A program made the position numbers and the translations under genes. This document shows, piece after piece, positions 20,936 through 30,547 of a DNA stretch of 64,000 nucleotides. The notes below the pieces were generated by a model that did not search any database, had not been told where the DNA came from, and was given only the letters and a program-made list of their open reading frames with translations. The stretch is from the NCBI GenBank assembly GCA_045586685.1, contig JAZNAU010000009.1:22420-86419 (forward strand), in the 5' to 3' direction. Source of the stretch: Clostridia bacterium (lineage in GTDB: Bacteria; Bacillota; Clostridia; HGM11514). Numbering within the stretch: the first letter of the stretch is position 1; every line of letters begins with the position of its first letter.

Positions 20936-21226
20936 AACCCTTATCTTGTCCCATCATATTTTAAAAGTCTCTGATGTTTATTATATCACAGGATGACGGA
21001 TAGGTCAATATTTTAAAGACTACGCTCGTATACTCCCCATAGCCTCTGCTTCTTTTTGATTTAAAAGAACCTATTTTTATGTTTCCATTTTCTTATCATC
21101 TTTCTTTCACGCTTTTCTTCATCGTATATCCAAGTCTTTCACACCTATCCAACGATAAAATAAAAAGAAATGAGTCCGGTACAATACCGAACTCATTTAC
21201 ATAAAAGACAATAAATTTAATAGTTC

Positions 21227-22657
21227 TTATTTTTGTGTTGCCTTCCACTCAGCATACTGACGTTCAATTTCGTCTTTTACGATCTGAGCACCAGCAAGCT
21301 CTCTCTTATCCCAATGTTTCTGGTAGGTTCCTTCGATATCCTCTACCACACCTCTTTTTAATCCGGTGGTATACTCTGTTACAGAATTCAAATTTGTAAT
21401 TTCTGTTTCTACAGGAGCAGTATCAAATACAAAACCAACATTTTCATCAACCGGTGCTTCTCTGTTCAGACGGTCTGTTTCTTCCCATACGCCTTCTTCA
21501 TAGCCGGGCATTAAGTAAGCAAGCAACTGATTTCCGATTCTGAATTCAGGAATATGATAACCATTTCCTTCGGTAGGTGTAATTCTGTTTCCGTCCTTGG
21601 TGTAGTTTACACCCTCAATTCCGTAAGCCAACAGGTTAAACAGATATTGGTCGGTGGTTACCAGTTCCAAAAGTTTTAATGCACGAACAGGATTTTTTGA
21701 TACACGGTTGATAGCAGTCAATGCACTTTGCATTTCATTTCTTCTTAAAATCATGTCACTGGTAGGTACTGCAATAACATCCCAATCATAGGAAATTGCG
21801 TGTTTTGCTTCTGCACCGGGCAAATGACGGTTATAACGAGAGAACAGTTTTCCTGCCTTCAAATAAGGATTTTCATCAAATACAACGTCCTGAGTAGTAA
21901 TTGCTTTTTCATACCAACGTCTTGCAACGTAATATTGAGGTAACAGTTCTTCCCGTCTGTCGGTTACTTCACCGTCTACAATACAGAAACCGCCCTTGAC
22001 AGGAGTCATGTTTACATCAAACTGGTTGAGTGTCATGCCGCTAATCATCTGCATACCAGGTTCGTTTGGTTTAACTACGTCATAGATTGCTTCCATATCT
22101 TCGTAAGAAGAAATTGATTTTACTTCATCTACCAGATCATATTTTTCAACTTCGTCCTTTTTAAACCATAAACCGCACTGGTGATACATAACCTGATACA
22201 TGGGAACTGCAAAAATCTGGTCATTTAATGTTAATGCATCCCAATACATTTCGTCAAAATAGTCATAAAGTTCGGGAGTTTCGGTTTTCAGAATTTCTGA
22301 CAAATCATAATAAGCACCCTTAAGAGCGTTGCCTTCATACGGATTCTGCCAGTTGGATGTGAACATCAAATCCCAAGAATCATCCTGAGCTGCCATCATC
22401 ATGCTTGTTTTTTGACCAAAATCACCAGGTTGGATAAACTGAATTTCCAAGGTTGCATTGATTTTTTCCAGCAAATACTTATTTACTTCTTCGATTACTT
22501 CATCGTATCCCGCCGGTTCGTCCAGAGCGATAGCCCATACCAGGTTTACCTGTTTGCTCATATCGTCCTGACTTGCTGTTTGCTTTGTTTCTCCGCAGGC
22601 ACAAACGGAAAGTGCCAGCAGTGCTGCCATTGCCATGGCTAACATTCTTTTTACCAT
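21227..22657 (-). CDS. ABC transporter extracellular solute-binding lipoprotein (orphan, no adjacent permease/ATPase)
   Basis: 476 aa; signal plus lipobox LALSVCAC; SBP family 1-like composition. Confidence 0.7.
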   Translation of the reverse strand: MVKRMLAMAMAALLALSVCACGETKQTASQDDMSKQVNLVWAIALDEPAGYDEVIEEVNKYLLEKINATLEIQFIQPGDFGQKTSMMMAAQDDSWDLMFTSNWQNPYEGNALKGAYYDLSEILKTETPELYDYFDEMYWDALTLNDQIFAVPMYQVMYHQCGLWFKKDEVEKYDLVDEVKSISSYEDMEAIYDVVKPNEPGMQMISGMTLNQFDVNMTPVKGGFCIVDGEVTDRREELLPQYYVARRWYEKAITTQDVVFDENPYLKAGKLFSRYNRHLPGAEAKHAISYDWDVIAVPTSDMILRRNEMQSALTAINRVSKNPVRALKLLELVTTDQYLFNLLAYGIEGVNYTKDGNRITPTEGNGYHIPEFRIGNQLLAYLMPGYEEGVWEETDRLNREAPVDENVGFVFDTAPVETEITNLNSVTEYTTGLKRGVVEDIEGTYQKHWDKRELAGAQIVKDEIERQYAEWKATQK

Positions 22658-23122
22658 TTTTTTCTTCCTCCTTAGATTTTTGGAATTTTACTTCCATGGT
22701 TTTATTTTGCTCATAAGCGCGGATGGTTGCATTGATGATATAAACAGGTGTTAAAAACCCCCATAAATTCTCAACGCCCTTCCCCGTTTGAGTCATGTGA
22801 TAAATCCCCTTAAGCCCGGCATATGATAAGCATTGCTTAAGGTAATGCTTTTGGAACTGCATTCATTGCTGTTTTTGTAAGCTGTTACACCAAAACCGCT
22901 TCCCCGAATGCAGTAACATTGTAATTCTCATAATGATATGTAATTTAAACTGTGTCTATGCCAATGTTATACATATAATCATTGGATGTTGCGTTCGTTT
23001 CTTCCTTGACAGATAAGGGCAATTTCCAACCATTCTGTATGGCAAAATCTCCCATTTTGTCAAGCTGTTTATTCTTTGTTACCACACATCGGATGATGTG
23101 TGGCAACAAAGAGAAAATACAA

Positions 23123-25630
23123 TTAGGAAATATCTGCAATCAATTCGCGAATCATAAATTCGTCATCTGCAGAAATCAGCTCGGTTTCTGCACTGATTAC
23201 GATCAAGCCTCTGTTATCCCAGAACACATTTTTACCAAGGGATTCTGCAATCGCACGCAGAGGAATCACCGTTCTGTCATTTAAGGTCTGAGCAGGAACA
23301 TCCAATTCGGTTACTGTTCCGTTCACATTCATTTCCTTGCTGTTAATCTTGAGAGTAATTGTGTTGCTTCCCATGGTAATGGTAACGGTTTCAGTTGCTC
23401 CGTCCCAACCTACATTTGCACCAAAGGATTCTGCGATGAAACGTACAGGAACTAAAGTTCTGTCATTTAATACCACAGGCTGAACTGCTTCGTTTGCAGG
23501 GTCAACCATGGTCTTATTTCCCATTGCAATCGCTTTGGGAGAACCAATCAACAGAGTCACCGCTTTTGATTCTACTGTTTCAACTACATCATCCAGCAAT
23601 CCAATCTTTTCAAAAGGAATAGGTTCAAAATCAGGCAACTTTGTGAAGATTTCACTGTCTTCTTTCAATGTAAAGTCTTTGTTTTTGTAATCAACAAAGC
23701 CCTTGGTATTAGAGATGTCAATATTATTTTTAAAGGTACCGTTATCCATTGCCACCTGATCAATTTTATAGCCTGGAGATTTATACTGTACATTGTTACG
23801 GATAATGTTACCCATGGGTTTTTCGGGGCTGTTTTCCAGAACGTTTGTTAACAAGGGATACTTTTCAGCCCAAATGCCTTCTTTATAAGGAACGTTCATT
23901 AAGTTCTGATAAATTTCGGAACCTTTTCCGGTATCCATCCAGCTCATACCACGGCTGTCCAGACGGAACGCCTGAGCACATTCCAGCATCAGGTTGTTTT
24001 CAAAAACATTGTCACGTCCGCCGCCCACCAGTGCAATCTGAGAGATCTTATACATAACGTTTCCATATACATGGGTGGAAGAATGCATATCATCCAAGTA
24101 CACCCCTGCTGCGGTCATACCGGTGTTGGTATCCATGAGAGTAACATCATGTAAATAGTTATAACGAATTACATTTCCTCTTTGAGTCCAGTCACGGCCG
24201 GTATAGATCATACCCTGGTCAGCAGTATTCTGACAAACAAAGCCGATATCGTTATATTCAATTATGTTGTCATTTCCTCTATAGAAAATAGCTTGTGCTG
24301 CACCGTATGCAATCTTGTTATGAGCAATTCTTGTACCAACGCTCTGGTTAATGTGGATTGCAGTATTAGCTCCATTAGAATCATACAACTGGAACCGTTC
24401 AATGGTGTTATTGATGATTTCGTTATTACCGGAGGTCAGTGTAATTCTGTCACCGCCCTGAAAATGAATGGCACCGCATCCCAGGTCATGGAAATAGTTA
24501 CTGCGGATTTCTGTGTTGGTACCTGTTCCGCGGACTGCAGTATCGGTAATCAAAGAAAATTCACAGTTATTGATACTTACATTGTCTACCTCATTTAATT
24601 CAATTCCGTAATTTAAGTTCTTGGTAAAGTGAATTCCGGAAATGGTAACATTCTTAGCCTTATCAACCTTAATAAAAGGTTTGTCGCTGGTTACCAGTGC
24701 AATCTGATTGGAAGAAGTAATTTCCTTTTCAGAGTACAAATACAGGATTCCATTTTCCCGATCCAAGTACCATTCACCGGGAGCATCCAATTCTTCAAGC
24801 AGGTTATAGAAATAAAAACGCTGATTTTGGGCTACACTGTAGTAAGCCGGAAATTCAGATTTAATAATGTTTTTGTTATCAAAGTCAATTTGAACGACAA
24901 AGCTCTGTCTGTGCCAGTCGTGCATCCAATAACCTTCAACGTAAAATTCGCTGTTAGCAGTCCACTTATTCAGACGGCTATCGGTTGTACGAATCTGAAA
25001 TCCTTCCAGATTTTTCAAAGGTGCTGTCATGTTTCGAGGATCAGAACCTTGTTTTATTACTTCATCAATATTCAGATAGCCCTCATTGGGATATCTTGCA
25101 ATCGTCTGCAATTTGCCATCTACATACAGCATTGCAGTGTTACTTTCCGCAACTGTCTTTTGAGAACCGTCTTCTAATGTTTCATAGGAAGTATATCCCA
25201 CTACACCGTAATCGGTAATGCCATTTGCCTTCAGGTCAGCAGCATAAATTTTATCTTTTGCATTTTTGGTTACAATTCTGTCCAAAATGGCAGTATCGGT
25301 TACTTTTTTAAACCAGCTGCTATCCAGCTCATTTGTACCTGTTACCGCTACTTTTTCGTCGCCATAAGCACGAATGGTAAGTCCGTTATGTTTTTGGGTT
25401 AAGGTGACAGTATCTTTAATCAGATAATTGCCTTCTCTTAAGTAAATAGTCGCTTGCTTTCCTTCTGCCAGTTCAACTGCTTTTGCCAAAGTTGCCAAGG
25501 GCGCATCAGCAGAGCCGACAGCAGAATCACTTCCCGTTGGTGCAACATAATACACTGCATCTGCAGCCAAAACAGGGGCACACAAGGAGGTGATCAATAA
25601 AACACATAGTAATAATGCTATTTTTTTCAT
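23123..25630 (-). CDS. secreted right-handed parallel beta-helix protein with two C-terminal copper-amine-oxidase N-terminal-like (stalk) domains
   Basis: 835 aa; signal peptide MKKIALLLCVLLITSLCAPVLA; YYVAPTGSDS..G N-terminal motif; repeated NN.I/NN beta-helix rungs; C-terminal repeats PVRFIAESFGANVGWD and PLRAIAESLGKNVFWD. Confidence 0.7.
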   Translation of the reverse strand: MKKIALLLCVLLITSLCAPVLAADAVYYVAPTGSDSAVGSADAPLATLAKAVELAEGKQATIYLREGNYLIKDTVTLTQKHNGLTIRAYGDEKVAVTGTNELDSSWFKKVTDTAILDRIVTKNAKDKIYAADLKANGITDYGVVGYTSYETLEDGSQKTVAESNTAMLYVDGKLQTIARYPNEGYLNIDEVIKQGSDPRNMTAPLKNLEGFQIRTTDSRLNKWTANSEFYVEGYWMHDWHRQSFVVQIDFDNKNIIKSEFPAYYSVAQNQRFYFYNLLEELDAPGEWYLDRENGILYLYSEKEITSSNQIALVTSDKPFIKVDKAKNVTISGIHFTKNLNYGIELNEVDNVSINNCEFSLITDTAVRGTGTNTEIRSNYFHDLGCGAIHFQGGDRITLTSGNNEIINNTIERFQLYDSNGANTAIHINQSVGTRIAHNKIAYGAAQAIFYRGNDNIIEYNDIGFVCQNTADQGMIYTGRDWTQRGNVIRYNYLHDVTLMDTNTGMTAAGVYLDDMHSSTHVYGNVMYKISQIALVGGGRDNVFENNLMLECAQAFRLDSRGMSWMDTGKGSEIYQNLMNVPYKEGIWAEKYPLLTNVLENSPEKPMGNIIRNNVQYKSPGYKIDQVAMDNGTFKNNIDISNTKGFVDYKNKDFTLKEDSEIFTKLPDFEPIPFEKIGLLDDVVETVESKAVTLLIGSPKAIAMGNKTMVDPANEAVQPVVLNDRTLVPVRFIAESFGANVGWDGATETVTITMGSNTITLKINSKEMNVNGTVTELDVPAQTLNDRTVIPLRAIAESLGKNVFWDNRGLIVISAETELISADDEFMIRELIADIS

Positions 25631-25903
25631 TTTATTTTTCCTCTCTTTCTTCTTTTCTTTCCTTATTTTTTCACCATTTTGAGTTGGAAACCTAAGTCAT
25701 TTTTTCTGTTGTTTTTTCGTTTTTTTGCCTTCCTTTCTTTGTAAAATTTATTGTAAAGAGAAAATATGTACCTACCTCTCCAACATACTTTTATTATAAT
25801 CTTTTTATGCAAAAAAGACAATACGAAAAATTGATTAAAAAATTATGTTTTTTTGTGATTTCCCTTCCGGAATATTTTTTCAAAAGAGACTTGATTTTTT
25901 CAT

Positions 25904-26821
25904 ATGAATCATGTAAAATATAATAAAAGGAAGTGCACAACAATGATTGTAAATAAACAGAATAATTATAGTTTATATAGTAATCCCGATACAAATCTAT
26001 TATCCAATCAAATTTGTTTCTCTCTGTTTGAGCATACTTACTTTGAATGTTCAAAAGAGGTTACCACCGTTCACAGCAACAAACGATTTAACAATACTAA
26101 TTTAATTTATTATATCATCGAAGGTGGCGGAACCATCCTATTGTCGGATCGAAAAATTCCTATTGTTCCCGGAAAAATTTATTTTTTCCCCTGTGTAAAA
26201 CCCGAAAATTACACCTCTGTAGTTCAACCGGATACAAAAAAAGTACAGATTCAATTTCAATGCAATCTGTACAGTAATCAGGATATTTTCGCTGATGTGC
26301 TTTATCCCCAATGTCTGGAGGATACTCACCATCTGATTCCTATTATAAAAGAAACGGTTCTTTCAAAAAACCCAGGAACACAAGTCCTGCTTTCTCCTTT
26401 GATTCAGTTAAGTATTGCTCCCTTATTTAAGCTAGTCGAGCAATCCTTAAGCGAGCAACTGATAAAAGGAAAAAAATACAGTACTCTCTTTGACTATATT
26501 AACCATAATTTATACATTGACCTGACCACAGAAAAATTGGCTAAGGAAACCGGTTTTTCTGTTTACTCCCTGACTCATACCATTCCAAAAGAAATGGGAT
26601 TTACCTTTAAAAAGTACATTACAAACAGAATTTTACGGTTGGTTTGCTTAGATTTAATTTATACAGAAACCTTAATCCGCAACATCGCTTTTAAGTACCA
26701 CTTCTCTACCGAAGGATATTTTTCAGATTGGTTTTTCAAATTAACCGAAAAGCGCCCCAAGGAATATCGTCAAAAATTCCGTTCTGCAGGGAATTACAGT
26801 TTTTATCAAAATCATATTTAA
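25904..26821 (+). CDS. AraC family transcriptional regulator (cupin + HTH)
   Basis: 305 aa; C-terminal AraC HTH (..LAKETGFSVYSLTHTIPKEMGFTFKKYITNRILRLVCLDL..); very AT-rich. Confidence 0.75.
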   Translation: MNHVKYNKRKCTTMIVNKQNNYSLYSNPDTNLLSNQICFSLFEHTYFECSKEVTTVHSNKRFNNTNLIYYIIEGGGTILLSDRKIPIVPGKIYFFPCVKPENYTSVVQPDTKKVQIQFQCNLYSNQDIFADVLYPQCLEDTHHLIPIIKETVLSKNPGTQVLLSPLIQLSIAPLFKLVEQSLSEQLIKGKKYSTLFDYINHNLYIDLTTEKLAKETGFSVYSLTHTIPKEMGFTFKKYITNRILRLVCLDLIYTETLIRNIAFKYHFSTEGYFSDWFFKLTEKRPKEYRQKFRSAGNYSFYQNHI

Positions 26822-26911
26822 CGATTGAACATTTAGATTTTTAAGGTAACCGATTTTTGAGAAGTTTTACTAATAAATTAAGCAGAACCATAGAGATATT
26901 TAATTTATAAT

Positions 26912-27106
26912 AATTTGACAACTTCGTTGTCATGAATTGGTTTTACCATGAATTGTTGCTGTCGCAACATGAATTGAATTGCCTTAATGCACCCTAAGGT
27001 GCAATTCATGAGCCGTAGGCTTAATTCATGAAATCGCAGATTTCAATTCGTGCCGTCAGGCAATTTATTGAAAAAGCGACTTGTCAAAACAAGCCGCTTT
27101 TTCTGG
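26912..27106. repeat. repeat R, copy 1 (about 195 bp), ending in hairpin terminator
   Basis: near-identical to 30548-30726 apart from one 15-bp indel and 4 substitutions; contains TGACAACttcgGTTGTCA palindrome and multiple ATGAATTG/CAATTCAT octamers. Confidence 0.9.
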
Positions 27107-27120
27107 AAGAACCCAATGGT

Positions 27121-28560
27121 TTAGATGCCACAATTTATTAAGTAATTATGTTTCATCGGTCCCGAGCCATTTCCCAAATCAAGACCTTCTAAAAGTGCAT
27201 ATGATATATATTCTTTCGCTCTTTTAACCGAGTCTTTGAGGTTAAGTCCTTTTGCAAGATTTGATGCTATTGCACTGGAAAGAGTGCATCCGGTTCCATG
27301 TGTGTTTGGGTTATCAATCCTTTTTCCATCGAACCATACAAACTTACCACTTTCATACAAAAGATCATTTGCATCATTTATACTATGCCCACCTTTCAAC
27401 AAAACGCAGCACCCATAGTTTTTCTCAATGAATTCTGCTGCTTTTATCATATCGTCATTACTCTTGATTTTCATATCTGATAAAATTTCCGCCTCAGGAA
27501 TATTGGGTGTCACAACAGTTGCAATGGGTAAGAGTTTTTGAGTTAATGTTTTTACGGCATCTGTCTTCATAAGAGTTGAGCCGCTTGTTGCAACCATAAC
27601 CGGATCTACAACAATATTCTTTGCATTATAAAATTTAAGTCTATCTACAATTACTTTAATAAGTTCGCTTGAGGATACCATCCCGATTTTTACACTATCG
27701 GGAAATATATCTTGAAATACTGCATCAATTTGTTCTTTTAAAAATTCGGGAGTAGTTTCCTCAATCGCTCTTACTCCAAGTGTATTTTGAGCTGTAAGTG
27801 CAGTAATGGCACTCATAGCATAAACACCATTCATTGTCATAGTTTTGATATCTGCCTGAATACCTGCACCACCACTTGAATCACTGCCGGCAATAGTTAA
27901 TACCGTTTTCATTTTGGTGGCAAAGCAGAAGCTTCCGAAATCCTTTATGTAATAATCTGAAATTTCTTTCATCTGCTCTTGACTTAGTTCGTGTTCATCA
28001 TAAACTGCCGCAACCTTAAATCCATCATCTTTAGCAGTTTTAAGTGCATGAACCACATCTTCAAAAACTACAGTTTCTGTTTTTTCTGTACCAAGATATT
28101 CAAGTGCTTTACGATAAATATGAGATGTGGTTTTGTCATAACCTACTTCTGCACAGGAGAATATTTCAGAAAAGTATTCCAGAACCCCCAATCGTTTTAA
28201 CACATCTTCTGCAATAGCTCTGTCCGTCACAGTTGCAACACACATTTTTACACCTTTATAATGTAACCTTTTTAGAAAATCTTTCACACCTGATTTCAAC
28301 GTTACCTTTGTCCGATAAATTTCAGCCACCATATTATTTATATCGTTAACAATTTCTTGGGCAGAAAGATTAACACCATAATGCTCGCGATAATATTCTG
28401 CGGCTTGCTGGAGTGTAAATGTTTTAAATGCTTCTGCAAGGTTTTCTTTGGGTTCTTTCCCAAGTGTTCTTAAATAATCCTCGCCAAACGTGTCCCATAT
28501 CCACATAGAATCTATAATTGTTCCGTCTAAATCAAATATTGCACCCTTAAACACCTTCAA
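27121..28560 (-). CDS. thiD: fusion protein: N-terminal HAD-superfamily hydrolase + C-terminal hydroxymethylpyrimidine/phosphomethylpyrimidine kinase (ThiD)
   Basis: residues 1-200 FDLDGTIIDS... (HAD motif I); residues about 205-479 VLTIAGSDSSGGAGIQADIKT...GTGCTLSSAIA (ThiD ribokinase-fold signature). Confidence 0.8.
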   Translation of the reverse strand: MKVFKGAIFDLDGTIIDSMWIWDTFGEDYLRTLGKEPKENLAEAFKTFTLQQAAEYYREHYGVNLSAQEIVNDINNMVAEIYRTKVTLKSGVKDFLKRLHYKGVKMCVATVTDRAIAEDVLKRLGVLEYFSEIFSCAEVGYDKTTSHIYRKALEYLGTEKTETVVFEDVVHALKTAKDDGFKVAAVYDEHELSQEQMKEISDYYIKDFGSFCFATKMKTVLTIAGSDSSGGAGIQADIKTMTMNGVYAMSAITALTAQNTLGVRAIEETTPEFLKEQIDAVFQDIFPDSVKIGMVSSSELIKVIVDRLKFYNAKNIVVDPVMVATSGSTLMKTDAVKTLTQKLLPIATVVTPNIPEAEILSDMKIKSNDDMIKAAEFIEKNYGCCVLLKGGHSINDANDLLYESGKFVWFDGKRIDNPNTHGTGCTLSSAIASNLAKGLNLKDSVKRAKEYISYALLEGLDLGNGSGPMKHNYLINCGI

Positions 28561-29191
28561 CCACCTGCTTTGTTAATTCTTTTAATTCCGATGTAGCTTT
28601 TTGAATATTGTCTGCAGCAAAAATTGCACTGATAACTGCAACTCCATCTATTCCGCTTCCACTGAGTTGCAAAACATTGCCTGCTCCAATGCCACCAATG
28701 GCAACCACAGGAATGCTTACAGCCTCGCATATTGCTTTAAGTGTTTCATAGCTTACATCATCGGCATCTGCTTTTGAGGCTGTACTAAACACAGCCCCTA
28801 CACCTAAATAATCAGCGCCCATTTTTTCAGCAAGCAAAGCTTGTTCTACCGTTTGTGCGGATACGCCAAGAATTTTATTATCTCCAATGCTATCTCTGAC
28901 CAATCCTGCTTCCATATCCTTTTGCCCTACATGAATCCCATCTGCATTTGCCTTGACAGCAATATCTACATTGTCATTGATAACAAAAGGAACATTATAC
29001 TTTCTACAAAGTTCTTTTATTTCAAAAGCCTCTTTGAGAAATGCTTCATCATCTAATTCCTTTTCTCGAAGTTGAATAAAAGTTGCTCCGCCCCTAAGTG
29101 CTTCTTCTACTTGCTGATAAAGAGTTCTGTTTCCAATCCATGTACAGTCGGTAACAGCATATAAAAGTAAATCTTTTTTATCTAACTTCAT
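28547..29191 (-). CDS. thiE: thiamine-phosphate synthase
   Basis: 214 aa; LLLYAVTD..IQLREK..GADYLGVGAVFST... typical ThiE. Confidence 0.85.
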   Translation of the reverse strand: MKLDKKDLLLYAVTDCTWIGNRTLYQQVEEALRGGATFIQLREKELDDEAFLKEAFEIKELCRKYNVPFVINDNVDIAVKANADGIHVGQKDMEAGLVRDSIGDNKILGVSAQTVEQALLAEKMGADYLGVGAVFSTASKADADDVSYETLKAICEAVSIPVVAIGGIGAGNVLQLSGSGIDGVAVISAIFAADNIQKATSELKELTKQVVEGV

Positions 29192-29999
29192 ATTTCGCTC
29201 CTTTGTTTAACATATCTGCATCCATATTATAAATTGCATCAATTATGCGATTTCTCAAAGTGGAGTTTCCTTCTCCTGTCTTTAAATCTGTATAACCAAT
29301 TTCACCTGCAAGTCCCATCATACAAACTGCTGCTGCAACTGCTTTTGTTTTGTCATTGGGATTGGCTACAGCGAAAGCTGTTGCCAGTGCTGAAAGCTGA
29401 CAACCTGTACCTGTAATTTTACTCATTTCAGGTCTGCCGTTACGGATAACATAGCATTTTTCACTATCTGCCACAAGGTCAATTGCACCTGTAATTGCTA
29501 TAACAGCATTTGCTTTTTGAGAAAAATTTTTCGCAAAAGCTACCATGTCATCAAGATTATCTTCTGTTACTGTGTCAGCTGTATCTGCATCAACACCCTT
29601 TGTCGTTCCGCATCCAAGTGCTAAAGTTTTAATCTCTGAAATATTCCCACGAATAACATCAAACTTAATTGTATTCATAAGTTTAATTGCTGTATCTGTG
29701 CGAAGTTTACTTGCACCGGCTCCTACAGGATCAAGTAAAACTATATGGCCGACTTCATTCGCTTTTACACCTGCAATAAACATTCCCTCAATACTTCTTT
29801 GGTTCAAAGTACCGATGTTGATATTAAGCCCTCCACAAATCGATGTAATATCGGCTACATCCTCCGGTTCGTCCGACATAATCGGGCTACTTCCACAAGC
29901 AAGCAAGACATTTGCTACATCATTTACCGTAACATAGTTTGTGATGTTATGCACAAGCGGTGCTTTTCTCCTTACATTTTCCATACAGTTTCCTAACAT
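29178..29999 (-). CDS. thiM: hydroxyethylthiazole kinase
   Basis: 273 aa; PLVHNITNYV..GSSP.M N-terminus typical of ThiM; AGAGGT RBS. Confidence 0.85.
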   Translation of the reverse strand: MLGNCMENVRRKAPLVHNITNYVTVNDVANVLLACGSSPIMSDEPEDVADITSICGGLNINIGTLNQRSIEGMFIAGVKANEVGHIVLLDPVGAGASKLRTDTAIKLMNTIKFDVIRGNISEIKTLALGCGTTKGVDADTADTVTEDNLDDMVAFAKNFSQKANAVIAITGAIDLVADSEKCYVIRNGRPEMSKITGTGCQLSALATAFAVANPNDKTKAVAAAVCMMGLAGEIGYTDLKTGEGNSTLRNRIIDAIYNMDADMLNKGAKYEVR

Positions 30000-30065
30000 T
30001 TTTTACCTCTTTCTGCCGCAATTTATCGGCTGTTTATTAACTTAATAACAAACCTTGCCAAACAA

Positions 30066-30098
30066 AAAAGGAAGCTACCGATTTGGTAACTTCCTAAA
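30066..30098 (-). terminator. TPP riboswitch expression-platform terminator (attenuator)
   Basis: minus-strand hairpin ggaaguuacc-aaauc-gguagcuucc followed by uuuuuuguuu, between the aptamer and the thiM RBS. Confidence 0.7.
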
Positions 30099-30117
30099 AA
30101 GTTCTTTGTTCCTCCTA

Positions 30118-30215
30118 ACACTATGTATCAGGCATCCCTACGTTGGCATTATCCAAATCAGGTTCTCGGTCGAAGGTCATACCTTCCTCTCAGCCTGTAA
30201 TACAAGCTCCCGTTT
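30118..30215 (-). promoter_or_regulatory. TPP (THI-box) riboswitch
   Basis: minus strand reads ...GGCUGAGAGG...AACCUGAUUUGGAUAAUGCCAACGUAGGGAUG..., matching the THI-element consensus CUGAGA / ACCUGAUCUGGAUAAUGCCAGCGUAGGGA. Confidence 0.9.
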
Positions 30216-30230
30216 ATTAAGTTTAAACAT

Positions 30231-30259
30231 ATTATATCACTTTTCAAAGTATATTTCAA
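30231..30259 (-). promoter_or_regulatory. promoter of the thi operon (TTGAAA-17-TATAAT)
   Basis: hexamers on the minus strand immediately upstream of the riboswitch. Confidence 0.6.
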
Positions 30260-30329
30260 TAGATTTTGATAAATTATTTTAAAGAATATAAAAACTGAAT
30301 AATTAGATGTGTCATCTAAATCATTCGGT

Positions 30330-30530
30330 TTCTATGGTTCCCCCTGTTGGACTCAAACCAGACACGTTTGCAACCTCAATTCAATTTCTCCAACCCGGCG
30401 GCTCATTTCATCGTGTTGTGGCACAGCCCTACGCCGTCGTTGGTTCTTCCGCCGGCAGCACTCCGGCTCGGTCCTCTTTGGTTAACGCCGCATATGCGGC
30501 TGTTTACCCTTAATAATAGTTGGCTTTTGG
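30330..30530. other. GC-rich about 200-nt non-coding segment with several stable hairpins; candidate structured RNA of unknown identity
   Basis: markedly GC-rich relative to flanks; hairpins gccggcagcactccggc and gccgcatatgcggc; only short spurious ORFs. Confidence 0.4.
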
Positions 30531-30547
30531 CTACATAATATTTTAAT

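Noticed and set aside
22500-23139. ORFs 22500-22862(-), 22945-23139(-), 22982-23284(+) in the SBP leader region
   Set aside because: No RBS, low-complexity translations, overlap the non-coding leader and the 3' end of the beta-helix gene; treated as spurious.
24182-25218. Plus-strand ORFs of 138, 182 and 77 aa inside the beta-helix protein gene (and similar antisense ORFs inside mfd, polY, topA, permease genes)
   Set aside because: Antisense to strongly supported long CDSs, low-complexity translations, no RBS.
25794-26054. 86-aa minus-strand ORF overlapping the AraC gene start
   Set aside because: Lies in a very AT-rich divergent promoter region and overlaps the AraC coding start; Tyr/Asn/Ile-rich translation typical of AT-rich noise.
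30330-30530. Identification of the GC-rich element as SRP RNA, 6S RNA or a tRNA pseudogene
   Set aside because: Only weak, non-contiguous resemblance to SRP domain IV (GGAAG...GUGCC). No acceptable T-arm/acceptor pairing for a tRNA. Left as unknown pending a covariance-model search.
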